A DNA stretch of 56,759 bases, from assembly GCA_964497145.1 (NCBI GenBank), contig CAZCDY010000006.1, positions 1,667 through 58,425 on the forward strand. The letters are read 5' to 3'. The notes under the pieces are model-generated. The model was not told where the DNA came from and searched no databases. It was given only the letters and a program-made list of their open reading frames with translations. This document shows, piece by piece, positions 24,825 to 33,187 of this stretch. The stretch is from an uncultured Gammaproteobacteria bacterium. Lineage in GTDB: Bacteria; Pseudomonadota; Gammaproteobacteria; Chromatiales; Chromatiaceae. How positions within the stretch are numbered: position 1 is the stretch's first letter; every line of letters starts with the position of its first letter. The translations under genes were made by a program, and so were the position numbers.

Positions 24825-25943
24825 TCAGGCTCGCTCGTCCAGCAGTTTGTCCGGCATCGGTACCCTGATCAACGGTTCCGCCGGTGCACCCAATACCCCC
24901 GCGAGATGCACAACCTCAAGCCCCTGTGCCTCGAATGCCGCTTTCAGGCTCGGCAGGCGCTCTTCGATGCGCTGAAAGGTCTTGTCGCGCTCGCTCCAGA
25001 AGGTGGCCGAGATGCGATCGCCGGCGAGTGCAATCCGGGTCTGCAGCGTGCCGATGCTGTCAAACTGAAACGCCAGGTTTACTGCCCAGGTTGATGCATT
25101 CTCATCATCTTTCGCCGACTCGCGCTCTATGCGTAGCATCAGCTCATGGGTCTGGTCCGCCAACTGGACCGGCAGGTCGATCTGCCAGGCCTGTCGTGGA
25201 CCCTCTTCGAGGGGCAGGGCCGCCGCCTGCTGCAACTGGATACGCGAGACCGAGGCCTCAATGAGACGTGCGAGGCGACCAAACAGGGAATCGGCGGCCG
25301 TTTCGCGTGCGCCGGCGGCCGCGTCGGCCCCACTCGGTGGTGGAGGGAGATTTTTCTGCTGTGCCGGTCCACCCGTTTTGAACAGTGCCAACAGCTGCAG
25401 CAAACGGGTCTTGGTGTCTGCAGGGTCGAGCGCCAGGGCGCCGGCGAGGCGGGCCTCATGGAACAGCCCACTTTGTGCGACTGCGCGTTGCAGTTGTGTT
25501 GCTGTCAACTGGTCCAGCCTGACCCCTGTGCCCCGGAGTACGTTGGCCAACTGGCGTACACTTTCCCGTTGTGCGGGCGTCTGGGCCTGGGCGCGCAAGG
25601 CATCAAGCGCTCCGCGAACCTCGCCCGGCGGCAGCTGACGGGCCATCGCAGACCGCACCGCATGTTGCTGTCGCTCCAGCACCGTCGATTCGCGCAGGAT
25701 GCGCAGTTCGGGTACGGGCTGGCCCGTGAGTACCTCGAGTCTGAGACGGCTCCCGGTTGGTGGCGTCACCTGGCTGCGCGCGAGCAACTCCGTGGTGGCG
25801 ATCTGTAAACGCAGAAGCCCCGGCTTTACCTGTTGCAACACCCTGGCCTCGAGTGTCTGCCCAACCTGCAGTTGTTTGAGCAGGGAAGGGACGGGGTTGC
25901 GGCTGGTATCGATCAGTGGCTGCAGTGTGGCGGGAATCTTCAC
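24825..25943 (-). CDS. FliK-like (hook-length control C-terminal domain) protein
   Basis: SGLFHEARL, WQIDLPV, WAVNLAF...GTLQTRIAL...L..AFEAQGLEV, LLDERA end; abuts the FlhB-like gene. Confidence 0.75.
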   Translation of the reverse strand: MKIPATLQPLIDTSRNPVPSLLKQLQVGQTLEARVLQQVKPGLLRLQIATTELLARSQVTPPTGSRLRLEVLTGQPVPELRILRESTVLERQQHAVRSAMARQLPPGEVRGALDALRAQAQTPAQRESVRQLANVLRGTGVRLDQLTATQLQRAVAQSGLFHEARLAGALALDPADTKTRLLQLLALFKTGGPAQQKNLPPPPSGADAAAGARETAADSLFGRLARLIEASVSRIQLQQAAALPLEEGPRQAWQIDLPVQLADQTHELMLRIERESAKDDENASTWAVNLAFQFDSIGTLQTRIALAGDRISATFWSERDKTFQRIEERLPSLKAAFEAQGLEVVHLAGVLGAPAEPLIRVPMPDKLLDERA

Positions 25944-25970
25944 TCTTCAATCGTCGCGACGCAGTGGTGC

Positions 25971-25997
25971 ACAAGTTATCGGCCACGATGCCGATAA
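25971..25997. promoter_or_regulatory. Putative divergent sigma28 (FliA) promoter elements
   Basis: Palindrome TTATCGGC-N6-GCCGATAA gives a perfect GCCGATAA -10 on each strand; the + strand reads ACAAG-N14-GCCGATAA. Confidence 0.55.
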
Positions 25998-26026
25998 ATC
26001 CAATATCGCGCGACTCGGGAAAAAAG

Positions 26027-26773
26027 ATGTCGGAAACAAGGGCAACAGGCAGCGGGCTGCAGTGGTTTGTGCGCCGCGGCGCCACTGTGCGCGGACCCTT
26101 CAACAGTACCAAGGTCCGGCACTACGTGCTCGAGGACAGGCTCGGTCTGGATGATGAAGTGAGTGCGGACCGCCAGGAGTGGCGGCGTCTGGGCAGTGTT
26201 CCTGAGGTCATACCCCTGCAGATGCGCACTGATGACAACGGATTTGCGGCCGAACAGGATGCGGTGCGCAAAGGTGATCGGATACGTGCGATCCGTGCAA
26301 TCATCGTTACCCTGCTGGTGATCTTTGTCCTTACCGCCGTGGTTTCGTTCATCGGACGCGAGCCTGTCGAAAGCGAACGTGATTGCGCGGCGGTGCCCGT
26401 CCCCGGGGTTTCGCTTGAGGGTTGTCGTTTGATCGGTGCGCAGATGATGGGGGTCTCTCTTGCCGGTGCACGCCTGGCCAGCGCCTCACTGAGCGGTGCG
26501 AATCTGTCCGGGTCCGATCTGGGTAAAGCCGATCTGCGTTATGCCGATCTTGGCGGTGCGGACATTTCGTATGCCAATCTCGCTGCAGCCGACCTGAAAG
26601 GGGCGAATCTGAGGCTCGCCGATCTGACCAATGCCGATCTTGACGATGCGGATCTGACTTATGCGGATCTCGGCGGCGCCAGGCTGGGCGGAACGTCGCT
26701 GAATCAGGTGAAACTCGAGGGCGCGATCTGGACCGACGGAAGGCGTTGCGGCAAGTCGGATTGTCCGCGTTGA
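26027..26773 (+). CDS. Membrane-anchored pentapeptide-repeat protein with GYF_2-like N-terminus
   Basis: WFVRRGATVRGPF N-domain, one TM helix, tandem A(D/N)LXX repeats, IWTDGRRC end. Confidence 0.8.
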   Translation: MSETRATGSGLQWFVRRGATVRGPFNSTKVRHYVLEDRLGLDDEVSADRQEWRRLGSVPEVIPLQMRTDDNGFAAEQDAVRKGDRIRAIRAIIVTLLVIFVLTAVVSFIGREPVESERDCAAVPVPGVSLEGCRLIGAQMMGVSLAGARLASASLSGANLSGSDLGKADLRYADLGGADISYANLAAADLKGANLRLADLTNADLDDADLTYADLGGARLGGTSLNQVKLEGAIWTDGRRCGKSDCPR

Positions 26774-26861
26774 GCCGGTACTTGAGTCGTTCGGCACTGC
26801 AGGGTTACACTTTCCCCGGGCACCAGGATCGGTGCCGTCCATGTTCAAAGGAGAGAACATC

Positions 26862-27125
26862 ATGCATTTCATCAAAACTTCCCTTCGTTGTTTTCAGGTG
26901 ACGCTGTTCGCAGCTGTGGTGTCGGCGTCTGCCTCTGCCTCTGCCGCCAGTCAATGTAAAGGAATGGAACAGGATGCCTGTGGGGCTATGGCAGAGTGCG
27001 CCTGGGTCAATGCCTATGTACGCAAAGACGGTCGTTCGGTGAGCAGTCATTGCAAGAAGAAGGCGCGGGGGAAACCGGCTGACCAGGCTGCATCCGGGGC
27101 GATAAAGCTCAGTCACGCAAAGTAA
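26862..27125 (+). CDS. Small secreted cysteine-containing hypothetical protein
   Basis: AAGGAGAG SD, signal peptide ending ASA-A, four Cys in the mature part, terminator downstream. Confidence 0.7.
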   Translation: MHFIKTSLRCFQVTLFAAVVSASASASAASQCKGMEQDACGAMAECAWVNAYVRKDGRSVSSHCKKKARGKPADQAASGAIKLSHAK

Positions 27126-27151
27126 CCGAAGCCTGCTTCGTCACATGCTGC

Positions 27152-27180
27152 AACACCCGCCGCCGGGCGGGTGTTCTTTT
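27152..27180 (+). terminator. Rho-independent terminator
   Basis: AACACCCGCC-GCCG-GGCGGGTGTT followed by CTTTT. Confidence 0.7.
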
Positions 27181-27231
27181 GTCATCATGTGATGCTATCG
27201 TGCGGACTCGTGTTTGTGGTCAGGGCAAGCG

Positions 27232-28401
27232 ATGCAGCAAGACCCGATCGTCTTTACCGTTTTTCTTGTGTTTACCGGCGCGGCGATCTTTGCCACGGTC
27301 GCGCTGTTTGCGCGCCAGTCACTGCTTGTTGCATACATTTTATTGGGTGCGCTGCTAGGGCCCTCGGCACTGGGTCTGGTGAGCGATCCGGAACTGGTCC
27401 GGAGCATTTCCGAATTCGGCATCATGTTTTTGCTGTTCCTGCTCGGGTTGAATCTTCAGCCGCAGGAATTGATCCGCATGGTGCGCAAGACCACACAAGT
27501 CACCGTGCTCAGTTCGCTGGTGTTTTTCGGCGCCGGTTATGTGGTCTCCCTGGCGTTTGGTTTTGACTCAATGGAGGCCCTGCTGGTAGGTGGCGCGGCG
27601 ACCTTCTCGAGTACCATTGTCGGTCTGAAGCTGCTTCCGACCACTATGTTGCACCATCAGCGTACCGGCGAGGTCATCATCAGCATCCTGTTGCTGCAGG
27701 ATCTTCTTGCGATCGTGTTGCTGCTGGTCGTGCAGGGCAGTTCGCAGGGCAGTATGCAGCTGGGAGACATCCTGAAACTGCTTATTGCACTGCCCGCGCT
27801 GATCGGTTTCGCCTGGATGGTGGAACGCTACGTCCTGATCCGGCTGATCCGCAGGTTCGACAAGATCCAGGAGTACATCTTCCTGATGACCATAGGATGG
27901 TGTCTGAGTATGGCTGAGCTTGCCGGGCTATTGGGGCTGTCAGCCGAGATCGGTGCCTTTATTGCCGGTGTTGTGCTTGCCTCGAGCCCGATCGCGATGT
28001 TTATCGCGGAGAGCCTCAAGCCTTTGCGTGATTTTTTCCTGGTACTGTTCTTCTTCTCTCTCGGTGCCGGCTTCGATATTGGCGCCATCGACGATGTGAT
28101 CCTGCCCGCCCTGGTTCTGGCTGGCGCACTCATGCTGCTGAAGCCGCCGGTGTTTCGCTGGTTGTTGTTGCGCACGGGCGAGTCGGAAAAACGATCGCAC
28201 GAGGTGGGGTACCGCCTGGGTCAGATGAGCGAATTTTCTTTGTTGCTGGCGGTGCTGGCTTTCGAGCAGGGGGTCATCGGTGCCGAGGCGTCTTACCTGA
28301 TCCAGTTGTCCACGCTGGTGACTTTCCTGATCTCTTCTTACCTGGTGGTATTGCGTTTCCCGACGCCGATTGCGGTCAGCGATGCCTTGCGCAGGGATTA
28401 G
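27232..28401 (+). CDS. CPA2-family cation:proton antiporter (no TrkA-N domain)
   Basis: About 12 TM segments, GIMFLLFLLGL, FSST, LLLQD, GAFIAG, LRDFF, GQMSEFS. Confidence 0.88.
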   Translation: MQQDPIVFTVFLVFTGAAIFATVALFARQSLLVAYILLGALLGPSALGLVSDPELVRSISEFGIMFLLFLLGLNLQPQELIRMVRKTTQVTVLSSLVFFGAGYVVSLAFGFDSMEALLVGGAATFSSTIVGLKLLPTTMLHHQRTGEVIISILLLQDLLAIVLLLVVQGSSQGSMQLGDILKLLIALPALIGFAWMVERYVLIRLIRRFDKIQEYIFLMTIGWCLSMAELAGLLGLSAEIGAFIAGVVLASSPIAMFIAESLKPLRDFFLVLFFFSLGAGFDIGAIDDVILPALVLAGALMLLKPPVFRWLLLRTGESEKRSHEVGYRLGQMSEFSLLLAVLAFEQGVIGAEASYLIQLSTLVTFLISSYLVVLRFPTPIAVSDALRRD

Positions 28402-28555
28402 CCTGTCCCGGACCTGCTTGTTTGTGTTGCGGCCGGCCTTCGACGTTCGATGGCGGGACTGCGCAACGGTCTCGATTCTGCATTCCTGCTGTCATCGCGT
28501 ATTCATCTGCAGGGCCTAGAGTCAGCCCCGGATTCAGTCAGAGAGACTTGTGCCC

Positions 28556-28747
28556 ATGCATCATCGGCGTCGGAATGTGCACTCGGGGATTGCGACCAGC
28601 AGTCGGCTCGAGGAAGAGATCGCGGTACTGGAGAGACGGTTGGCGCAGATCGGCCCCGATGGTGACTGTGCCTATGAAAAGGCAATGATCCGGTTCTTTC
28701 AAACACAGCTCACAATGCGGCGCAAGCAGTTGCAGGCGAGCCGCTAA
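28556..28747 (+). CDS. Small hypothetical helical-hairpin protein with GDCAYE motif
   Basis: LEEEIAVLERRL-GPDGDCAYEKAM-helix pattern; fills the gap and overlaps the convergent stop codon. Confidence 0.55.
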   Translation: MHHRRRNVHSGIATSSRLEEEIAVLERRLAQIGPDGDCAYEKAMIRFFQTQLTMRRKQLQASR

Positions 28748-30849
28748 TCACGAATTCGGCCCTGGGCTGCCGAATGTGCATGCGCGGCGGACAGAGGCGG
28801 GGGCATTGCTGCAACCGCATAGAGTTCAGCGCTGAACGCAAGCTCTTCGCGGAAGGCGGCGCGCGAAAAAGGCGGTCGACCGAGATAACCCTGGTAATAG
28901 CTGCAATCGGCCTCGCGCAGGAACCGCAACTGCTCGCGCGTCTCCACCCCTTCGGCGATCACATTGAGACCGATATGCCTTGCCATCGAAAGGATGGCCC
29001 TGACGATGGCGGCATCGTTGGGATCGCTGTCGATGTCGCGGATGAAGACACGGTCAATCTTCAGGGTGTCTATCGGCAGCTGGCGCAGGTCGGTCAATGA
29101 TGAGTAACCGGTACCAAAGTCATCGATTGCAAATCGTATTCCGAGTTGTCTGAGCGCGTTCATGCGTTCGACCGAATCCCTGGTATCTTTTATCAGAACG
29201 GTTTCGGTGATCTCGAATTGCAGCCGCTTCGGGTCGGCGCCGGTTTCGGCCACGATCTGTTTGACCCGATCGACAAAATCCGGCTGGTGGAACTGTTGGT
29301 GGCTGACATTGACCGCGAGGCACTCAGGGGGCTGCAGTTCATCATCTTGCTGGATCTCGCCCAGCAGGCGGCAGGACTCCAGGAGTACCCAGTCATCGAG
29401 CTTGAGCATCAGCGCACAGTTTTCGATATAGGGCAGGAACTCGGTTGGGGCGATCAGCCCGGCGGTTGGATGCTGCCAGCGCAACAGGACCTCCGCACCC
29501 AGGGCATGTCCGTCCTTGATCGCGAGTACTGGCTGGAAATAGAGTTCGAACTGCCCTTCGCGAAGTCCCGTGCGAAGCTCGTTTTCCAGTTGCAGCCGCG
29601 AGATGGCCGCCTCGTCCATCTGCCGTTCGAACAGGCGTGCACCATCACGGCCGGCCCCCTTGGCGTGATACATTGCGGTATCCGCATGCCGCAGCAGGGT
29701 ATCCACACTGTCACCGTCGTGGGGAAAGGTCACGATGCCGATACTCGCCGTCACGTACAGTTCATGCCCGTGCAGATGATATTCATCGTTGAATACGGTG
29801 CGCAGTTTCTCGGCAATCTCACCGGCCTTCTTCACTGCAAGGTCCTGCTGTTTGCCCAGACCTTCCAACAGGACGACGAATTCATCACCGCCCAAGCGTG
29901 CGACCGTATCCTCTTCACGCAGGGTATTGCGCAGCCGTTGTGCCAACTCTTTGAGCAACTCGTCACCGACCGAGTGCCCGAGTGAATCGTTGATCCGCTT
30001 GAACTTGTCCAGATCGAGAAACAACAGCGCACCGATCTGGCCGGTACGGCGGGCCCGGGCAAGGGCGCGGTTGACCCGGTCAGTGAGCAGTGTGCGGTTT
30101 GGGAGGTTGGTCAGGGTGTCATGATAGGCCAGGTGCTGGATGCGCTGTTCCGCATCCTCGCGTTCGCTGATGTCGCGCGCGATGCACAGCAGCAGATTGC
30201 CGGTATCGAGACTGATCCGCGAAGCCGAAACTTCGGCCGGGACTATGCGGCCGTCGCCAGAGCGATAGTTGATGCGGATGGACTTGCCGTGTTCGCTGTC
30301 CATCACGTCATCGACGAGGTTGCGCAGGTAAGACTCGTCTTCATCGTGCAGTTCGACCAGCCGTATTCCCTTGAACTTGTCCAGCTCCATACTCAGAAAT
30401 TCCGCCGCCCTCGGGTTGCAGTCCACCAGCCTGCCGTCGCGGGGCTCGAAGATCATCACCGCATCATGCGAGTGGTTGTAGATCGCCTTAAATCGTGCGA
30501 GCTCGCGTCGCAATCGCCGTGTGTAGCCGGCAATGCGCTTCTGTCTGGCCATGATCAGGCGGTTGAGCCCGAGGGTGTCTTCGCCAGCCACCGTGGTGGC
30601 CGGTTCGATATCGCTTTGCGGATTGGCCGAGAATCTGCGCAACCGTTGCTCCAGACGCCCCAGGCCCCGGCGGATCGGGCGGTGCACGAAGTAGTCCCAG
30701 ATCAGCGTGATCCCGGCAGACAGTCCAATGGCAAACAGCAGGTCGTTAGGGGTGATGGTTTCGACACCCCGGCTGCCGAGCAAAACCGCGATCTGCCCGA
30801 ACAGGATAAGCAGAAACAGGCTCAGAGGTTTGCGCAGGGCAGCAAGCAT
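28744..30849 (-). CDS. Membrane PAS-GGDEF-EAL diguanylate cyclase/phosphodiesterase
   Basis: Two N-terminal TMs, PAS/PAC (ARDISER), DTLTNLPNR, REED I-site plus GGDEF, EVL, DDFGTGYSS, AEGVET. Start at ATG 30849 or TTG 30885. Confidence 0.92.
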   Translation of the reverse strand: MLAALRKPLSLFLLILFGQIAVLLGSRGVETITPNDLLFAIGLSAGITLIWDYFVHRPIRRGLGRLEQRLRRFSANPQSDIEPATTVAGEDTLGLNRLIMARQKRIAGYTRRLRRELARFKAIYNHSHDAVMIFEPRDGRLVDCNPRAAEFLSMELDKFKGIRLVELHDEDESYLRNLVDDVMDSEHGKSIRINYRSGDGRIVPAEVSASRISLDTGNLLLCIARDISEREDAEQRIQHLAYHDTLTNLPNRTLLTDRVNRALARARRTGQIGALLFLDLDKFKRINDSLGHSVGDELLKELAQRLRNTLREEDTVARLGGDEFVVLLEGLGKQQDLAVKKAGEIAEKLRTVFNDEYHLHGHELYVTASIGIVTFPHDGDSVDTLLRHADTAMYHAKGAGRDGARLFERQMDEAAISRLQLENELRTGLREGQFELYFQPVLAIKDGHALGAEVLLRWQHPTAGLIAPTEFLPYIENCALMLKLDDWVLLESCRLLGEIQQDDELQPPECLAVNVSHQQFHQPDFVDRVKQIVAETGADPKRLQFEITETVLIKDTRDSVERMNALRQLGIRFAIDDFGTGYSSLTDLRQLPIDTLKIDRVFIRDIDSDPNDAAIVRAILSMARHIGLNVIAEGVETREQLRFLREADCSYYQGYLGRPPFSRAAFREELAFSAELYAVAAMPPPLSAAHAHSAAQGRIRD

Positions 30850-30911
30850 CAAGGCTGGTGCTGGCGGGAGATGGCGTGTGAGCAAGGCATCTGCGCTTGT
30901 GCCTGGGTCAT
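30849..30911 (-). CDS. Putative 20-aa leader ORF (MTQAQAQMPCSHAISRQHQP)
   Basis: GGAGGT SD 6 nt before ATG 30911; its TGA overlaps the ATG of the GGDEF-EAL gene (TGATG). Confidence 0.4.
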   Translation of the reverse strand: MTQAQAQMPCSHAISRQHQP

Positions 30912-30934
30912 GGTGTAACCTCCGATTTCATCAA

Positions 30935-30961
30935 TTATCGGCCGGATCCGATATACCTTTA
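30935..30961 (-). promoter_or_regulatory. Sigma28 (FliA) promoter of the GGDEF-EAL gene
   Basis: Exact consensus TAAA-N15-GCCGATAA on the minus strand. Confidence 0.75.
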
Positions 30962-31056
30962 CGGTGAGCGGTAAAAATTGCCGGCATTTGTTTCCTATGG
31001 CCTGCCAAGCAACATGCCGGGCGCCCTTTTCGCGGGTTGCGTAGAAGAACACAGTT

Positions 31057-31782
31057 ATGGATTCGAGAAAAGGACACAGGATCGAACTGGAGCCGGTCGC
31101 TTTGGTCCGCTCGCCGTTCGAGGAAAAGTTCGGCATCCCTCGCCAACCGGGGTTGGCGCCAAGTGCCGTGGGTGAGGTGCGCATGTTGGCACCCTACGAC
31201 GACCCTGCCATGCTGCAGGGGCTGGCGGGTTTCTCGCATCTCTGGCTGATATTCCAGTTTGACCGCTGTGTTGGCCGGGGCTGGAGCCCGAAGGTGCGTC
31301 CGCCGCGCCTGGGCGGTAACCGTGAGGTAGGTGTCTGGGCCAGTCGCTCACCGTTCCGGCCGAATTCTCTGGGGCTGTCGGTGGTCCGGCTGGAGAAGGT
31401 CGTGGAGCAGCCTGAGCCGCTGCTGCGCGTATCCGGGATAGACCTGCTGGACGGGACGCCGGTCCTGGATATCAAGCCCTATCTGCCCTATGCGGATGCG
31501 CTGGCGGGGGCCACGGGAGGATTCGCGCCCAGCGCCCCAGAGGCGGGACTGGACGTGAGTTTCAGCGCACAGGCCGAAGACGACCTGGCGGTGATGCGAA
31601 GTCCTGAAGCGATGCGCGCACTGGTGACGGAGGTCCTGGCCCTGGACCCGCGTCCCGCCTACCGCCAGGGGGCGGAGCCCGAAAGGATCTACGGCGTGCA
31701 GCTGGCTGGGTTCAATGTCCGCTGGCAGGTTGCCGGGGCCGGGGCAGAGGTGCTGGACATCAAGCCCGTATCGTCAGGCTGA
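31057..31782 (+). CDS. tsaA: tRNA (t6A37)-N6-methyltransferase TrmO
   Basis: SPFEEKFGIPRQPGL, VRPPRLGGN, SRSPFRPN, DLLDGTPVLDIKPY, DPRPAY. Confidence 0.93.
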   Translation: MDSRKGHRIELEPVALVRSPFEEKFGIPRQPGLAPSAVGEVRMLAPYDDPAMLQGLAGFSHLWLIFQFDRCVGRGWSPKVRPPRLGGNREVGVWASRSPFRPNSLGLSVVRLEKVVEQPEPLLRVSGIDLLDGTPVLDIKPYLPYADALAGATGGFAPSAPEAGLDVSFSAQAEDDLAVMRSPEAMRALVTEVLALDPRPAYRQGAEPERIYGVQLAGFNVRWQVAGAGAEVLDIKPVSSG

Positions 31783-31794
31783 ACCGGCCGCGAA

Positions 31795-32100
31795 TCACTC
31801 GGTGGTATCGTCCGGCCCCAGTTGCTTGTATCGCTCCAGTTGCTCGGGCGTGGCTTTTTCCTGGAATTTCGATTTCCATTCCTCGTAGCTCATGCCATAG
31901 ATGATCTCGCGGGCCTGGGGGTCACTGAGTTCGACACCCCGGCTGGCCGCGGCATTGGCCATCCAGCGCGACATGCAGTTGCGGCAGAACCCGGCCAGGA
32001 TCATCAGGTCGATGTTCTGCACGTCGCGGCGTTTCTGCAGGTGCCCGACCAGGGTGCGCCAGGCGGCGGCTTCGATCGCGGTTTGTTCGTCAGGTGTCAT
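31795..32100 (-). CDS. DUF1244 family protein
   Basis: IEAAAWR.LV.HL..R.DVQNIDLMILAGFCRNC, AREIIYGM.YEEWK; AGAGG SD before ATG 32100. Confidence 0.85.
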   Translation of the reverse strand: MTPDEQTAIEAAAWRTLVGHLQKRRDVQNIDLMILAGFCRNCMSRWMANAAASRGVELSDPQAREIIYGMSYEEWKSKFQEKATPEQLERYKQLGPDDTTE

Positions 32101-32185
32101 ATCTCGAATTCCTCTGTTGGCTGGAACCGGCCGCACCCGACACCGGATGGGTCGGTCGCTGGCAGGGGATGGCTGGGCGGAGCAA

Positions 32186-33046
32186 TCAGTGCAGGAGGTT
32201 GAACATGCGCGCCCGATAGCGGTTGACCGCAGGGTCTTCGCCGAGCATGTCAAACAGCCTCAGCAGGGCAAGGCGGCCGGCATCGTCGCCGAACTTGCGG
32301 TCTTTCTGCATGATCAGCAGCAAATTGTCCACCGCGCTGTCCAAATCGTTCGCCATCACCTGCTGTGCTGCCAGCCGGTAGCGTGCCCCGGTGTCGTCCG
32401 GGGCGTCCGCGACGCGCTGTGCTGTCTCGGCGGCTGGGCCTCCGTCCGTGGCTATGAGATTGAAAAAGAGCTGTGCGCGCAGCGTCTGGACCTCAGGTTT
32501 TTCCTGCTCGTCGGTGGGGAGTTCGGCCAGGCTTTGTTCCGCCGCCTGGGGATCGCCGCTGGCAGCCTGGATCTGGGCCATGGCCACAAGCAGGCGCGGA
32601 TTGCCGGGGTCGTCCTCCCGGGCCTGCGAAAGCAGCGCCAGCGCGCCCTTTGTATCGCCGGCATGCAGCCGTTCTTCGGCCTGTGCCACGCTGCCGTCGG
32701 AGGCGCGCGGCAGGTGTCTATCCAGGAAGGCGCGGATCTCGGATTCAGGCAGCGCGCCGGCGAATTCGTCCACCGGCTGGCCGTCACGGAAAAGCTTCAC
32801 GGTGGGGATGCTGCGGATGCCGAATTGGCCCGCAATCGCCTGTTGCTCCTCGGTGTTGATTTTGGCCAGGATGAAACGCCCCTGATACTCCTCCACGAGC
32901 TTGGCGAGCAAAGGCATCAGCAACTGACAGGGTTGGCACCAGCCTGCCCAGAAATCCACCAGAACCGGTACCTGGTGAGAACCCTGCAGCACGATCTGTT
33001 CGTAGTTGGCCTCATCTATATCGAAAATGTAGGGCGAATCTGCCAT
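32186..33046 (-). CDS. cnoX: Thioredoxin-TPR chaperedoxin CnoX/YbbN
   Basis: VLVDFWAGWCQPC thioredoxin domain, GIRSIPTV, TPR region, C-terminal YRARMFNLLH helix. Confidence 0.88.
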   Translation of the reverse strand: MADSPYIFDIDEANYEQIVLQGSHQVPVLVDFWAGWCQPCQLLMPLLAKLVEEYQGRFILAKINTEEQQAIAGQFGIRSIPTVKLFRDGQPVDEFAGALPESEIRAFLDRHLPRASDGSVAQAEERLHAGDTKGALALLSQAREDDPGNPRLLVAMAQIQAASGDPQAAEQSLAELPTDEQEKPEVQTLRAQLFFNLIATDGGPAAETAQRVADAPDDTGARYRLAAQQVMANDLDSAVDNLLLIMQKDRKFGDDAGRLALLRLFDMLGEDPAVNRYRARMFNLLH

Positions 33047-33083
33047 GCCTGCTTGCTCCAAAATGCGTCTTCAACGGCAGAAG

Positions 33084-33109
33084 ATGTGGTTGTTGGCCAA
33101 ATTTTCAAG
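33084..33109 (-). promoter_or_regulatory. Putative sigma32 promoter of cnoX
   Basis: CTTGAA-N13-ACCACAT on the minus strand. Confidence 0.6.
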
Positions 33110-33121
33110 GCCTGAAAGGGG

Positions 33122-33150
33122 CTTGAAGTGGACCGGCTTCGGCCCCACAT
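33122..33150 (+). promoter_or_regulatory. Putative sigma32 promoter of trxC
   Basis: CTTGAA-N15-CCCCACAT. Confidence 0.6.
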
Positions 33151-33187
33151 TGCTAGATATTATGACAATCGCATGTGGGAGACCCAG

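Noticed and set aside
26450-26730. 15-nt periodic GCCGATCT-like DNA repeats (CRISPR- or VNTR-like)
   Set aside because: Fully explained by the pentapeptide-repeat coding sequence; there are no spacers or cas genes.
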